A DNA stretch of 64,000 nt, taken from assembly GCA_965370415.1 (NCBI GenBank), contig CBDUTJ010000008.1, positions 9,010-73,009 of the forward strand. Reading direction: 5' to 3'. The notes below the pieces were generated by a model. It had not been told where the DNA came from. It did no database searches and saw only the letters and a program-made list of their open reading frames with translations. The stretch comes from an uncultured bacterium. Its GTDB lineage: Bacteria > Cloacimonadota > Cloacimonadia > Cloacimonadales > TCS61. Positions 48,967-57,454 of this stretch are shown one piece after another. Numbering within the stretch: position 1 is the first letter of the stretch; each line of letters begins with the position of its first letter. Both the position numbers and the translations under genes were made by a program.

Positions 48967-50350
48967 ATGCAGCATGTTCTGATTTCAGAACATAGCTGCC
49001 ATCAACAAGTTCATAATCATCTTTAAGACATTTATTACAAACCAGTTGCTCATCAGGTATTTGGGTTAAAGGTTCTTCGTGATATTTTCCACAGATATCA
49101 CATATATGATAATGCTCCTCAGCATAATCTTTGTAAACAGAGATGATTGTTCCATCGCTTTGAATTAATTCTACAAGGTTATCTGAAGTATAATAGGCTT
49201 CTGTCATCTCGCAATAGCCGTAATCACCATTATCATAGCAGGATTCACAAATGTAATGATCCTCATTTTCTATGTAATACATTGTGTGTTCTTCGTAAAA
49301 ATATCTATCGCATTCATAGCAAAAGGTATAATGCTCGTTTAAGCAATAATCACAGACTTCACCATCTTCTGTGTAGGTTGATTCACCTTCAATCGATGCA
49401 TCACAACAGGCACAATAATTCAACCCTATATGTCCGGAATTAGTATCATCTCCATACTTATCCAACCCATCCTGGAAATCCAGGTAAAGATCCCCGAAAT
49501 TGGAAGTTTTTTCCTTATGCCTGATCCTGGCATTAACATCCAAATCAAAATAAACTGAGTAGTCTTCATGGTCATTACTACCATGTCCGCAGTTATTTAC
49601 CCAGTCTTCACTAATTGATTTGTCTCTCGATACAATCCACTTATTGGGAACTCTGAGATACTGAGCATATTTCTCCTCAACCAGTTCACGGATCATATTT
49701 TGCATGGGAAGCGTGATACATCCGTAAATATTACCCATGATCATGTAATAGCCATCAAAATAGAGCCACTGTCTGCCCAGTTTTCTACCATCAATGGTTG
49801 TAAAAGCAATGATAGTATAATCATCCCGCAGGTAGGCACTACAACCTGCATGATGACAACTATTAATGGATAAGCAACTTGAAAAGCTTGCATTTGCTGA
49901 TGCTCCCAGAAAATCAAGAGGATGAATTGAGAGAATGCATTCTGCTGTTTTAAATTTGTCATAGAAGCTCTGAAAGTTGAATTCTGACATCTCTTCTGTC
50001 TTTACATGACGGTTATAGAATTTTGAGAACTTGAACTGATTCTTCTGATATTGAATCCTGTTCTTGAATATTGCCATTTCCAAATCCCGGGATACAAGGG
50101 GAGAATTCGTTTTCTTCAGGAATTCATTAGTTTCATGGTAAAGGTTCTTAAAATCCTGGTTATGAGAAAAGAAGAAATCAGCAGCATCCAGATCAGAGAT
50201 TGATAATTTGATCCGGTCTTGATCTCCGAACAACCAGGAAAACCTCTTCTTCTTCTGTTCGTAGAATTCAATACAACGAGTGGCATAATGATCTGTAACA
50301 GCACCATCATAAAAATCCAATATTTGTGAATGTAAGGTTTCATTATTCAT
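48965..50350 (-). CDS. Cys-rich protein with three C-terminal 4-Cys zinc-ribbon-like units, function unknown
   Basis: Six CxxC pairs in the last ~130 aa (CACC..CDYC, CYEC..CESC, CDIC..CNKC). Preferred start is M30 of the listed ORF (ATG 50350), preceded by GGAGAGAG and overlapping the upstream gene stop (ATGAATAA). Confidence 0.65.
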   Translation of the reverse strand: MNNETLHSQILDFYDGAVTDHYATRCIEFYEQKKKRFSWLFGDQDRIKLSISDLDAADFFFSHNQDFKNLYHETNEFLKKTNSPLVSRDLEMAIFKNRIQYQKNQFKFSKFYNRHVKTEEMSEFNFQSFYDKFKTAECILSIHPLDFLGASANASFSSCLSINSCHHAGCSAYLRDDYTIIAFTTIDGRKLGRQWLYFDGYYMIMGNIYGCITLPMQNMIRELVEEKYAQYLRVPNKWIVSRDKSISEDWVNNCGHGSNDHEDYSVYFDLDVNARIRHKEKTSNFGDLYLDFQDGLDKYGDDTNSGHIGLNYCACCDASIEGESTYTEDGEVCDYCLNEHYTFCYECDRYFYEEHTMYYIENEDHYICESCYDNGDYGYCEMTEAYYTSDNLVELIQSDGTIISVYKDYAEEHYHICDICGKYHEEPLTQIPDEQLVCNKCLKDDYELVDGSYVLKSEHAA

Positions 50351-51155
50351 AGCTCTCTCCTTTTTTGAAAAGGCTGGTTTTGAAGATATCAGGATAAGAG
50401 TCATAATAGCGGTCAAAATCAGGCATAGATTCATCATGAAAGATGTAATCTACAAAATACTGTTTACCCCAGAACTCTTGGGGAAGATTGAGCAGGAATT
50501 TTTCAGCTTTTTCTACATCCCGGACAATGGTAAATTCCCTATCTGAATGTTGTTTGTAATAACCAACGGATAGGTTGAAACAGCAGATATTAGTGACATC
50601 AGCAAGGATAGCAACATCGGTAATGGAACCGTAATCTATATGATAATTAGGAAATTTATCGAGTATGGAGAGCAGTTCTTCATTTTCATATCCATATAGG
50701 GCAAATTCGTTGCTTCCTTTCCTGTCTAATCCAATGAATATTGAAACAAGCTCTTGGATGGGGAATAGATTAAAAGAGCGACTTCCCAGGCAGCCCAGCT
50801 CTTCTAGATCAAATAGTGCAAAGATAAAATCAGCCGGCTTCTGAAGCATCATTTGATGTATTAGATAACAGCCATTACGATCATCGGCTCCCAGACCGAT
50901 ATTTTTATTCTTACAACTCAATCTGCCTTTGTTTATACGGAAGGAATTTGGGATATGAGAGAACACCGTATCGGAGTGAGCACACAGCATCGGGGCGGGG
51001 TTATTCAACTTCTCTGGGATATAGATATTGTAATACTTATCTCTCAATATCTTGAATTTTTTGAGATCGACATCTGTTTCGATAAGCTTAATTACATCGG
51101 TATGACTATAAGCTTGGTAAAAGCCGATCAGATCCTGAACTATTTTGGATTCCAT
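50343..51155 (-). CDS. M20/M28-type zinc metallopeptidase-like protein
   Basis: Metal-ligand-like motifs CAHSDTV (H-x-D), GADDRNGC (bridging Asp) and DLEELGCLGS (Glu-Glu). AAGGAG SD. Confidence 0.5.
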   Translation of the reverse strand: MESKIVQDLIGFYQAYSHTDVIKLIETDVDLKKFKILRDKYYNIYIPEKLNNPAPMLCAHSDTVFSHIPNSFRINKGRLSCKNKNIGLGADDRNGCYLIHQMMLQKPADFIFALFDLEELGCLGSRSFNLFPIQELVSIFIGLDRKGSNEFALYGYENEELLSILDKFPNYHIDYGSITDVAILADVTNICCFNLSVGYYKQHSDREFTIVRDVEKAEKFLLNLPQEFWGKQYFVDYIFHDESMPDFDRYYDSYPDIFKTSLFKKGESYE

Positions 51156-51254
51156 AAAATCTCCTTTTTAGGTTAATTAAAAAACCCCCGCTGTCGCAAG
51201 GGCTGTTAACTTATCTCTGTTTTTGAATTCTGATTTATTCAGTTGTCATGTTTG

Positions 51255-51377
51255 TTAGTAATCATCGTCATCAGGATCACGGTTTCTCTGGCGTTTGTTG
51301 ATAAGACGGCAGATGAACTCGCCTATCACAAATAACAGTTCTACCAGAACCTGCTTTAAATTTCGGTTAATTCTCAT
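51255..51377 (-). CDS. 40-aa hydrophobic/charged-tail small protein (below the ORF-track cutoff)
   Basis: ATG at 51377 is preceded by AGGAGG at 6-nt spacing. Product MRINRNLKQVLVELLFVIGEFICRLINKRQRNRDPDDDDY. It lies between two terminator-like hairpins. Confidence 0.4.
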   Translation of the reverse strand: MRINRNLKQVLVELLFVIGEFICRLINKRQRNRDPDDDDY

Positions 51378-51401
51378 AGATCCTCCTTCTTGTTTTTGGA
51401 C

Positions 51402-51424
51402 AAAAAAAAAGAGCCGTTGGGCTC
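51402..51424 (-). terminator. Intrinsic terminator after the XerC/D-like recombinase gene
   Basis: On the minus strand, GAGCC-CAAC-GGCTC is followed by T9; it lies 34 nt after the stop at 51458. Confidence 0.6.
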
Positions 51425-51457
51425 ATTATTCTCATCATTAATTTCAACTACGCTCTT

Positions 51458-52339
51458 CTAACCACTCGATCTAAAGAGACTTACAACTTCAGCTCCGGGC
51501 TGCTCGTGAATGTACATCTCCAACGTGATAGCAGGGCTGGAATGACCTAAGTATTTCGATACGTATTTTGCACTCTTCCTCTTGTCCTGCAGTAAATAAT
51601 TGGCTGTGGAATGTCTCAATAAGTGCGGGTGGATCGATCGGCCTAAAATCTCATTACCAGCTCTTTTGATCTCTTTCCAAAGATTGCTGGCATCCAGCTG
51701 CTTGCCGTTACGGTTCTCAAACAGATACTTCCTACCCTGAAATTCCTGCCTGATCTTCTGCAGCAGATCATTGGGAATATAGACCGTGCGGATCTTATTG
51801 CCCTTGCCTAAGATGGAAAGAGCTGCCCCTCTCTGTTCAGTACTTATATCTCTTAACCTGATACCGATCAGTTCGGAGATACGGCAGCCGGTCAGAAATA
51901 ATGTGCGAATTACAAGTGACAACTTGGGACTGCTTTGATTGACGAGTAGATCTATCTCATCTCCACTAAGATAGTCCTTCACCTTGCGGTCCAACTGCAA
52001 GGGTCTGATATCACGGAATATCTCGTCGATCAAAAGTCTTAATAAATAGTTTTTCCGCACATGCGGCTGCAACTTCAGCAAACGTTTCAAGTTCTGTCTT
52101 GATAAATTCCAGGTGGAAGCTGCGCAATTCATTTTCAGTTCGACCAGAAAATCTATGATCGTCTGTGGTGTAATTTTTCTGCGGTTCTGCTGGAGATAGA
52201 GATTAAACTTCTTACCCAGTGATAACAGATTCCGCCTGGCAGCAGCTGATAGGATCATACTGTTATCCTGGTACCGTGCTCCGGAAAGCAGGGAAAGATC
52301 GAGACTGGATGCTGTGATCAGTGCTTTGGTTTTGCTCAT
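51458..52339 (-). CDS. Tyrosine recombinase, XerC/XerD-like
   Basis: Box I LTGCRISELIGIRLRDI and box II HPHLLRHSTANYLL..LGHSSPAITLEMYIH. Preferred start is MSKTKAL (ATG 52339) with an AGGAGG SD; the listed ORF extends to 52384. Confidence 0.85.
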   Translation of the reverse strand: MSKTKALITASSLDLSLLSGARYQDNSMILSAAARRNLLSLGKKFNLYLQQNRRKITPQTIIDFLVELKMNCAASTWNLSRQNLKRLLKLQPHVRKNYLLRLLIDEIFRDIRPLQLDRKVKDYLSGDEIDLLVNQSSPKLSLVIRTLFLTGCRISELIGIRLRDISTEQRGAALSILGKGNKIRTVYIPNDLLQKIRQEFQGRKYLFENRNGKQLDASNLWKEIKRAGNEILGRSIHPHLLRHSTANYLLQDKRKSAKYVSKYLGHSSPAITLEMYIHEQPGAEVVSLFRSSG

Positions 52340-52414
52340 AATAATCCTCCTTGGGATTGGTTTAACTACCACACTAATTAACAATTATGGTAGTTGATAA
52401 TTTACAGTTAACAT

Positions 52415-52723
52415 TCAATAATCCTCCGGCAGTAGCATCGTTCCTATATAACGGTCGCCATAGTCGTCGATCTTGAACCAGATAACGTTTTCTCCCGCCA
52501 GATCTGTCCGGGCGATGATCGTCTCTTCATCCAGTGTTTGATCTTCAAAATGGTATCCTGCCAGCCTGATTTGTAATTTACTTTTCTCATCAGGTTCTAT
52601 AACGAACATATCATAGGGATGCTGAACGAAGAGCGGAATTACAATTGCTAAAAGACTGCCTGTAAGATCAGGATCGATCTGCTGCTGCAGGTTTGTGGTC
52701 ATGAATACTTCCAATTGTTTCAT
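52415..52723 (-). CDS. Hypothetical 102-aa protein
   Basis: ORF with a GAAGGAGG SD. ATGA overlap with the upstream 45-codon ORF. Confidence 0.55.
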   Translation of the reverse strand: MKQLEVFMTTNLQQQIDPDLTGSLLAIVIPLFVQHPYDMFVIEPDEKSKLQIRLAGYHFEDQTLDEETIIARTDLAGENVIWFKIDDYGDRYIGTMLLPEDY

Positions 52724-52857
52724 AATTCCTCCTTCAAAAATGTATCACTAGAATTCTTTTGTTGTAAACTCTCATTATCAATGCTTCCACGAGTACACTT
52801 CAGCACAAGCTTTACCGACATCGGCACGATTATCTTCTTCTCAATTTCATTTAACAT
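52720..52857 (-). CDS. 45-aa small protein (below the ORF-track cutoff)
   Basis: ATG 52857 is preceded by AGGAGG. Product MLNEIEKKIIVPMSVKLVLKCTRGSIDNESLQQKNSSDTFLKEEL. Its TGA overlaps the ATG of the 102-aa gene. Confidence 0.45.
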   Translation of the reverse strand: MLNEIEKKIIVPMSVKLVLKCTRGSIDNESLQQKNSSDTFLKEEL

Positions 52858-53133
52858 TTCTCCTCCTTTTTTCTTGGTTAATAGTGATTTGATAGCAGAG
52901 ATTGGTATTACCCTGATAAAAAAAATAGCCCCTCGACTTTCGTCGAAGAACTATTATATTCACTATAGATAATATGCCAGAAATATCCCGTAAACGCACT
53001 GTTTATACGTGTTTATATGGTTTTTGTGGTCAATTTATAGAGTTTTTTGTAAGAATGTTGCATTAAACCATTATTTTGTTCATAATAGCATTCTACTGCT
53101 TACTGAATCCTCCTAGAAAATAGTTTGTAACTT

Positions 53134-53173
53134 GAAACATACTGCCCGGCAATAGATCCGGGCAGTATGTTTC
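53134..53173. terminator. Perfect 16-bp-stem hairpin (terminator or operator)
   Basis: gaaacatactgcccgg-caatagat-ccgggcagtatgtttc with a T-rich run after it on the + strand. It lies ~100 nt downstream of the 664-aa gene stop, so it probably insulates or terminates the replication-like gene. Confidence 0.55.
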
Positions 53174-53270
53174 TTTTCAGATCAACCTGTTTTGTAACTT
53201 TTTTCCTTAACCTATTGTATCTAAATTAATTACAAGGTTACATTTTAGTTACAAACACGCCTTTTGATAC

Positions 53271-55235
53271 TCATCTATAGTAACCGGGTAACTTATCCTT
53301 TTTTAACACAAAACAGCGCTTGGTCTTAGTATCAATCTTCTTCGGATGAGATGATACCGGTTTTCCCAGCATACTTTTATCTGGCGGAACAAAATCAGGT
53401 CCATAGATAGCCATGTAGTCTGAATCTTCTAGAAGCCTTTTGATGTTGCTGTCTTTCAAGAAAGGGAAGTACTTCGCCTTGTAAGAATCTTTGATAATTG
53501 ACCAAATCCCATTGAAGTTGAAAAAGACATAATCACTATCATGGGCAAGATAATTTCCTGCTTTAGGTACATCTGCTAGTCTCTCTACTTCATATATGAA
53601 GTAAATAAGAGGGTTCAGATAGCTTTCGGTTTTTTTTATCTGTTCTTCTATAAAAGAAATTACCGCTTCGGGTTTAGGGAAAACTTCACTTTTTTCAGCC
53701 ATCTTTCTGAAAGCACTGAAACAGCCGCCTATCAGACAATAGTTCTCAACTATCCTGGGTAGAGCTATCTTGGAGTTGATGCTGTTTCCAAACTCCTGAA
53801 TATAATCCAGAATATCATCAAAACTAATTGTTTTCAAGACGTTTATGATAAAGCCAGAAAAACTAGAAGATTCTCTTCTTACAACATCAAAAAACTGCTT
53901 CTTAAGCTCAGTCACATCCAGATCGATAAATATGCATCTGCTAACGACCTGCTTATCTAGCGGGTCTAACACCGTTGTTACCATCGTAGATCCATTGACC
54001 GATCTTTCTGAAATATTGTTTGGATTTTTATCATGAAACTTAACAGAGCCTTGACCGTCATAGCGACTCTTTATGAAATTGAAATGCTTTTCAGAAAGCT
54101 CATTTAGAACCAGAGGAAGATTATGAAGCAGTAATGATTTGCCTTCTATCCCTATCTTGGTAGAGTTGCTGGCACAATTAATATTGGCCAGAGATTCATT
54201 CAAACCGAAAAGACTGCAGATAAGATCAGATAAGCCATTCTTACCTCTACTTGAGGCAGCTAGTATATAGAGCAATGGAAAATGTTTCTTTTTCTCCATA
54301 TATTGCTGAAAGAACAAAGTCGCTATCGCAAAACCTATTATCAGAATCGCCTGCATCCCATACAGTTGATAAAAGCTGTTCCAGATCTCACTGAAATCTA
54401 CCTCTTTATCAGATACATAGATCAAATCAGTTTTTTCAAGTCTATAGCCAGAATGATCAATCCAGATCGTTTCTTTATAATCTTTCAGTTTCCCCTTTAT
54501 CATTACCTTGTTGCCGAGATTGAAGATAATGTCATTAACTCTGCCAAAACCGTATGTAGTAGTTATGTATTTATTATTATCAAGGTTGAGGATAAGGTTT
54601 TTGAAACTCGAGAATTGACTCTTTCCCATTTGTAGATCGAAATTGCTGCATGATAATAACCTCTTGTTAAAGTTAGTTGAATTTAGCAGATCCTGAGGTT
54701 TAAGTTCCATAGTAATATCATTGAGCTTGATTATTCTAATTCGTTCCTCGTTGATATTCATATTGCAGATATATTCCAGCTTATTGAAATTAGTTAGGTA
54801 CATCTTATCATTCTGCCCATAAACAAAAATCCCTTGTGCATCCCGATCAAACCCAAAACTTTTTAATTGGGCATCAAATCTGCTGTCTGAATCATTAGCT
54901 TTCTTTTTTTGTTTATAGTCAGCATCATGAATCTTAATTAATGTAGTAGATTGATCGTTCTGGGAAGACCTGTTTTCTATTAAGACAGTTTCTTCATCAC
55001 TCTCATTTATACCCAGTGCCCGTTTAATCTCAAGGTTCTTCAGGTGATCTGTCTTAGAAGCATGATAGTTATTCCACCATTCCCAGGCAGAAGCTTTGGG
55101 AATTCGATTGACCTCTCCCACTTTAATTGTATTAAGTTTACCACTCTTCATTGCACGGTAGATCGTCTTTGGATTCATACCCACCAGTGTAGCTAAGTTC
55201 TTTCTTTGAATGTAATTTATCATATACTTATCCAT
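53271..55235 (-). CDS. Mobile-element replication/primase-helicase-like protein: N-terminal excisionase-type HTH plus P-loop-like region
   Basis: N-terminus NLATLVGMNPKTIYRAMKSGKLNTIKVG..IPKASAWEWW (HTH_17-like). Central ILAASSRGKNGLSDL is Walker-A-like. Preferred start is MDKYMINY (ATG 55235), 8 nt after AGGAGG; the listed ORF extends to 55265. Confidence 0.45.
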   Translation of the reverse strand: MDKYMINYIQRKNLATLVGMNPKTIYRAMKSGKLNTIKVGEVNRIPKASAWEWWNNYHASKTDHLKNLEIKRALGINESDEETVLIENRSSQNDQSTTLIKIHDADYKQKKKANDSDSRFDAQLKSFGFDRDAQGIFVYGQNDKMYLTNFNKLEYICNMNINEERIRIIKLNDITMELKPQDLLNSTNFNKRLLSCSNFDLQMGKSQFSSFKNLILNLDNNKYITTTYGFGRVNDIIFNLGNKVMIKGKLKDYKETIWIDHSGYRLEKTDLIYVSDKEVDFSEIWNSFYQLYGMQAILIIGFAIATLFFQQYMEKKKHFPLLYILAASSRGKNGLSDLICSLFGLNESLANINCASNSTKIGIEGKSLLLHNLPLVLNELSEKHFNFIKSRYDGQGSVKFHDKNPNNISERSVNGSTMVTTVLDPLDKQVVSRCIFIDLDVTELKKQFFDVVRRESSSFSGFIINVLKTISFDDILDYIQEFGNSINSKIALPRIVENYCLIGGCFSAFRKMAEKSEVFPKPEAVISFIEEQIKKTESYLNPLIYFIYEVERLADVPKAGNYLAHDSDYVFFNFNGIWSIIKDSYKAKYFPFLKDSNIKRLLEDSDYMAIYGPDFVPPDKSMLGKPVSSHPKKIDTKTKRCFVLKKDKLPGYYR

Positions 55236-55386
55236 TTGTAATTCCTCCTGCAGGGGCGCATACACGCCCCTGCCTGCTATTGTAATCTAACTTCTGGATC
55301 CCCCCGAGCGTGTCAGAGATTTCACTGTATCAAGGGCTATACTTAACCCATTCATTTTCGGATTATTATATTTCATTTTTCTCTCC

Positions 55387-56409
55387 TTAGAATTTAAACT
55401 TATTTTTATTTTCAAAATTCATGCTCTCTATAGCTTCACGCTGTTGATGAATTGATAAGTTTCCATACGTGGTTAACACAAGCGCAATAGTTTTGTGCCC
55501 GAATTGTTGGCTCACAGCCTTTAACTGATGCGCATCTTCAACACATCTCAGTGCATGATAAGCACATGAATGTTTAAGACAGTGAGATGAATAATAACGA
55601 ACACCACATTGCTCAGCTCTTCTCTTCAGCATATTGTTTAACGTCGATGAGCTCTTCATGAAATCGGGCTCAATTTCAGTACGCTCAGCGAAATTTCCAT
55701 TAGCATCTAACTTCAATTTTGATTTAGGGAACAAAGGATCAGATTGGGAATAGCCAAGTTTATAGAGAGTATCAATCCAATCCTTGATGTAGTATACGAG
55801 TCGAGGGTGGAACCTGAAACAAAATGTATGGATCTCTTTTGTTAATTTTGTTTTGACACCGTCTAAAGGTGATTGCTTGAGTTCCAAAGAAATCCTATCA
55901 ATACTACCTAATAACATGGAACGCGTTGCAGCATTTCTAAGACTAAAACACATTGAGAAGGCAATGATTGCTATATCCCGAAGATCAATGATATTTACGA
56001 TCTTGATCATTTCACACCATTGAACTACTTGCTCCAGTAATGGAAACTCTCTTATTGCAGAAATCATCGTTAAAGCTTTTTCTTCTTTGCTTAATGAGAG
56101 ATAAGAGATCATATCATGCTGTATCTTACTCTTGAAACCGGGTTGAAACGAGAGCCAAGTCAGGAACTTTGATACATCGTTAAGGATCCTTCTTACTCTT
56201 TTCAAGTTGATCGCTTTTCCTTGAGGCTCAAAATCTCTTAGGTCTGTTTTCAGTTTAATCAATTTCTGAGGTGATAATTTCTTCAAATCACCCTTATATA
56301 ATCTGAGGAAAATATCCAGAGATCCCAACTTCGAATCTATCGTCTTTTCGGATAGGCCCTCAGCCTCTTCCAGAAAAACAATATATTTTTTCAGGAGTTT
56401 ATCAATCAT
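55387..56409 (-). CDS. Divergent tyrosine recombinase-like protein (box II Arg replaced by Lys)
   Basis: C-terminal SSHCLKHSCAYHAL...FGHKTIALVLTTYGNL aligns to the HxxRH...GH...Y box II, but with K at the Arg position. AGGAGG SD. 8-nt overlap with the upstream gene. Confidence 0.6.
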   Translation of the reverse strand: MIDKLLKKYIVFLEEAEGLSEKTIDSKLGSLDIFLRLYKGDLKKLSPQKLIKLKTDLRDFEPQGKAINLKRVRRILNDVSKFLTWLSFQPGFKSKIQHDMISYLSLSKEEKALTMISAIREFPLLEQVVQWCEMIKIVNIIDLRDIAIIAFSMCFSLRNAATRSMLLGSIDRISLELKQSPLDGVKTKLTKEIHTFCFRFHPRLVYYIKDWIDTLYKLGYSQSDPLFPKSKLKLDANGNFAERTEIEPDFMKSSSTLNNMLKRRAEQCGVRYYSSHCLKHSCAYHALRCVEDAHQLKAVSQQFGHKTIALVLTTYGNLSIHQQREAIESMNFENKNKFKF

Positions 56410-56923
56410 GATTTCCTCCTGTGAAATTAGAAATTTCTACACTTTGAGAACAGGTGTTGTCGGGGGATTCAACCCCGCTATATCGTTGTGCCACATTCTC
56501 TTTAAATGCCCATCCCTGTTCTAACCACTTTTGAACAATCCGCACAGAACTGAATAACCTTAATTCCAATCCGCATGTATCACATTTGCCGTAAATGACT
56601 GCTTTCCTATTACCTACTGATAGTAATGATTCTAGAATTTCTATACGGACATTTTCGAGTGTTGATTTACATGCTTTCCTGCATCTAAGGCAGAAAAACT
56701 CATTTTCTTTAAGCTTACATTTCCTTTTTTGGGATCGGTGCATGAGAAAGTTTTTAGTGTCCAAGCCCTTTATTAGAATTGGACTTTTTGTTTCAGGTAC
56801 AATTTTCAATCCCTGTTTTACCCAGGATCTTATAGTATCGGGATGCACACCAAGAACCTTACTTAATTCCATAATGGAATAGATTCTGTATTTCTTTACT
56901 AATCGATAGTTATACGGTTTCAT
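56402..56923 (-). CDS. HTH plus Cys4 zinc-ribbon DNA-binding protein
   Basis: YSIMELSKVLGVHPDTIRSWVKQGL (HTH) followed by CLRCRKAC...CDTCG. ATGA overlap with the 84-aa gene. Confidence 0.6.
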   Translation of the reverse strand: MKPYNYRLVKKYRIYSIMELSKVLGVHPDTIRSWVKQGLKIVPETKSPILIKGLDTKNFLMHRSQKRKCKLKENEFFCLRCRKACKSTLENVRIEILESLLSVGNRKAVIYGKCDTCGLELRLFSSVRIVQKWLEQGWAFKENVAQRYSGVESPDNTCSQSVEISNFTGGNHD

Positions 56924-57174
56924 AATTTACCACCTTTTTCCTCAGTGAGGATTCTGGTGGTAACTTCATTTTTGATCTCTTCTTTACTCTTAACTTTATT
57001 GCGATGGTTCAGTATCCATTCATCAATTTCTGATGTTCTAAATACGAGTCTTTTTCCCACACGAAAATATGGAATCTCATGGCGCGAAGTTTTTGCATAA
57101 AGCGAATTTCTGCTTATACCCATGTAACTTCTGCACTCTTCCATATTCATAAATGGCTTGGTGTTTTTCACCAT
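56920..57174 (-). CDS. Excisionase-family HTH protein
   Basis: MNMEECRSYMGISRNSLYAKTSRHEIPYFRVGKRLVFRTSEIDEWI matches the excisionase/MerR-like HTH_17 pattern. Confidence 0.7.
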   Translation of the reverse strand: MVKNTKPFMNMEECRSYMGISRNSLYAKTSRHEIPYFRVGKRLVFRTSEIDEWILNHRNKVKSKEEIKNEVTTRILTEEKGGKL

Positions 57175-57242
57175 AGCCTGCTGGATTTCCTCCAGTTTCT
57201 GAAAGATCTTTTCTAAAACATCTTACATAAAAAACCTCCGTT

Positions 57243-57262
57243 AAACCCCGGGGTTTTTTTTT
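57243..57262 (+). terminator. Palindrome aaaccccggggttt followed by a T-run (terminator-like, plus-strand polarity)
   Basis: A 7-bp self-complementary GC core followed by T9 on the + strand only. It lies between the 347-aa gene and the excisionase operon. Confidence 0.4.
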
Positions 57263-57454
57263 ATTAGAATTCTGGTTTCTCTTTAAAAGGGCATAAGAAT
57301 GCTGGCTATTGGTATAATTCGGTATTGAATAAAGTTAATCAAGAATATTCACAACACTATAATTTAGTGAGCGTTAGGGGATTAACGGTACTTTTCGGTA
57401 TTTTTTATTTTATTTAAATAGAGGTTTTGGGGAAAAAATTACTTATTCTTTTTC

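Larger units (their letters stand above)
51458..57174 (-). mobile_element. Integrative-element core module (two recombinases, replication-like protein, three excisionase-type HTH proteins)
   Basis: Co-oriented genes 57174->51458 with overlapping starts and stops. By eye this stretch is more G+C-rich than its neighbours. Element ends were not identified. Confidence 0.4.

Noticed and set aside
50351-50437. Apparent signal peptide (MMNLCLILTAIMTLILISSKPAFS) at the start of listed ORF 48965..50437.
   Set aside because: This extension overlaps the upstream peptidase gene by 95 nt and has no SD. The internal ATG at 50350 has a GGAGAGAG SD and a stop/start overlap, so the signal peptide is probably an out-of-frame artefact.
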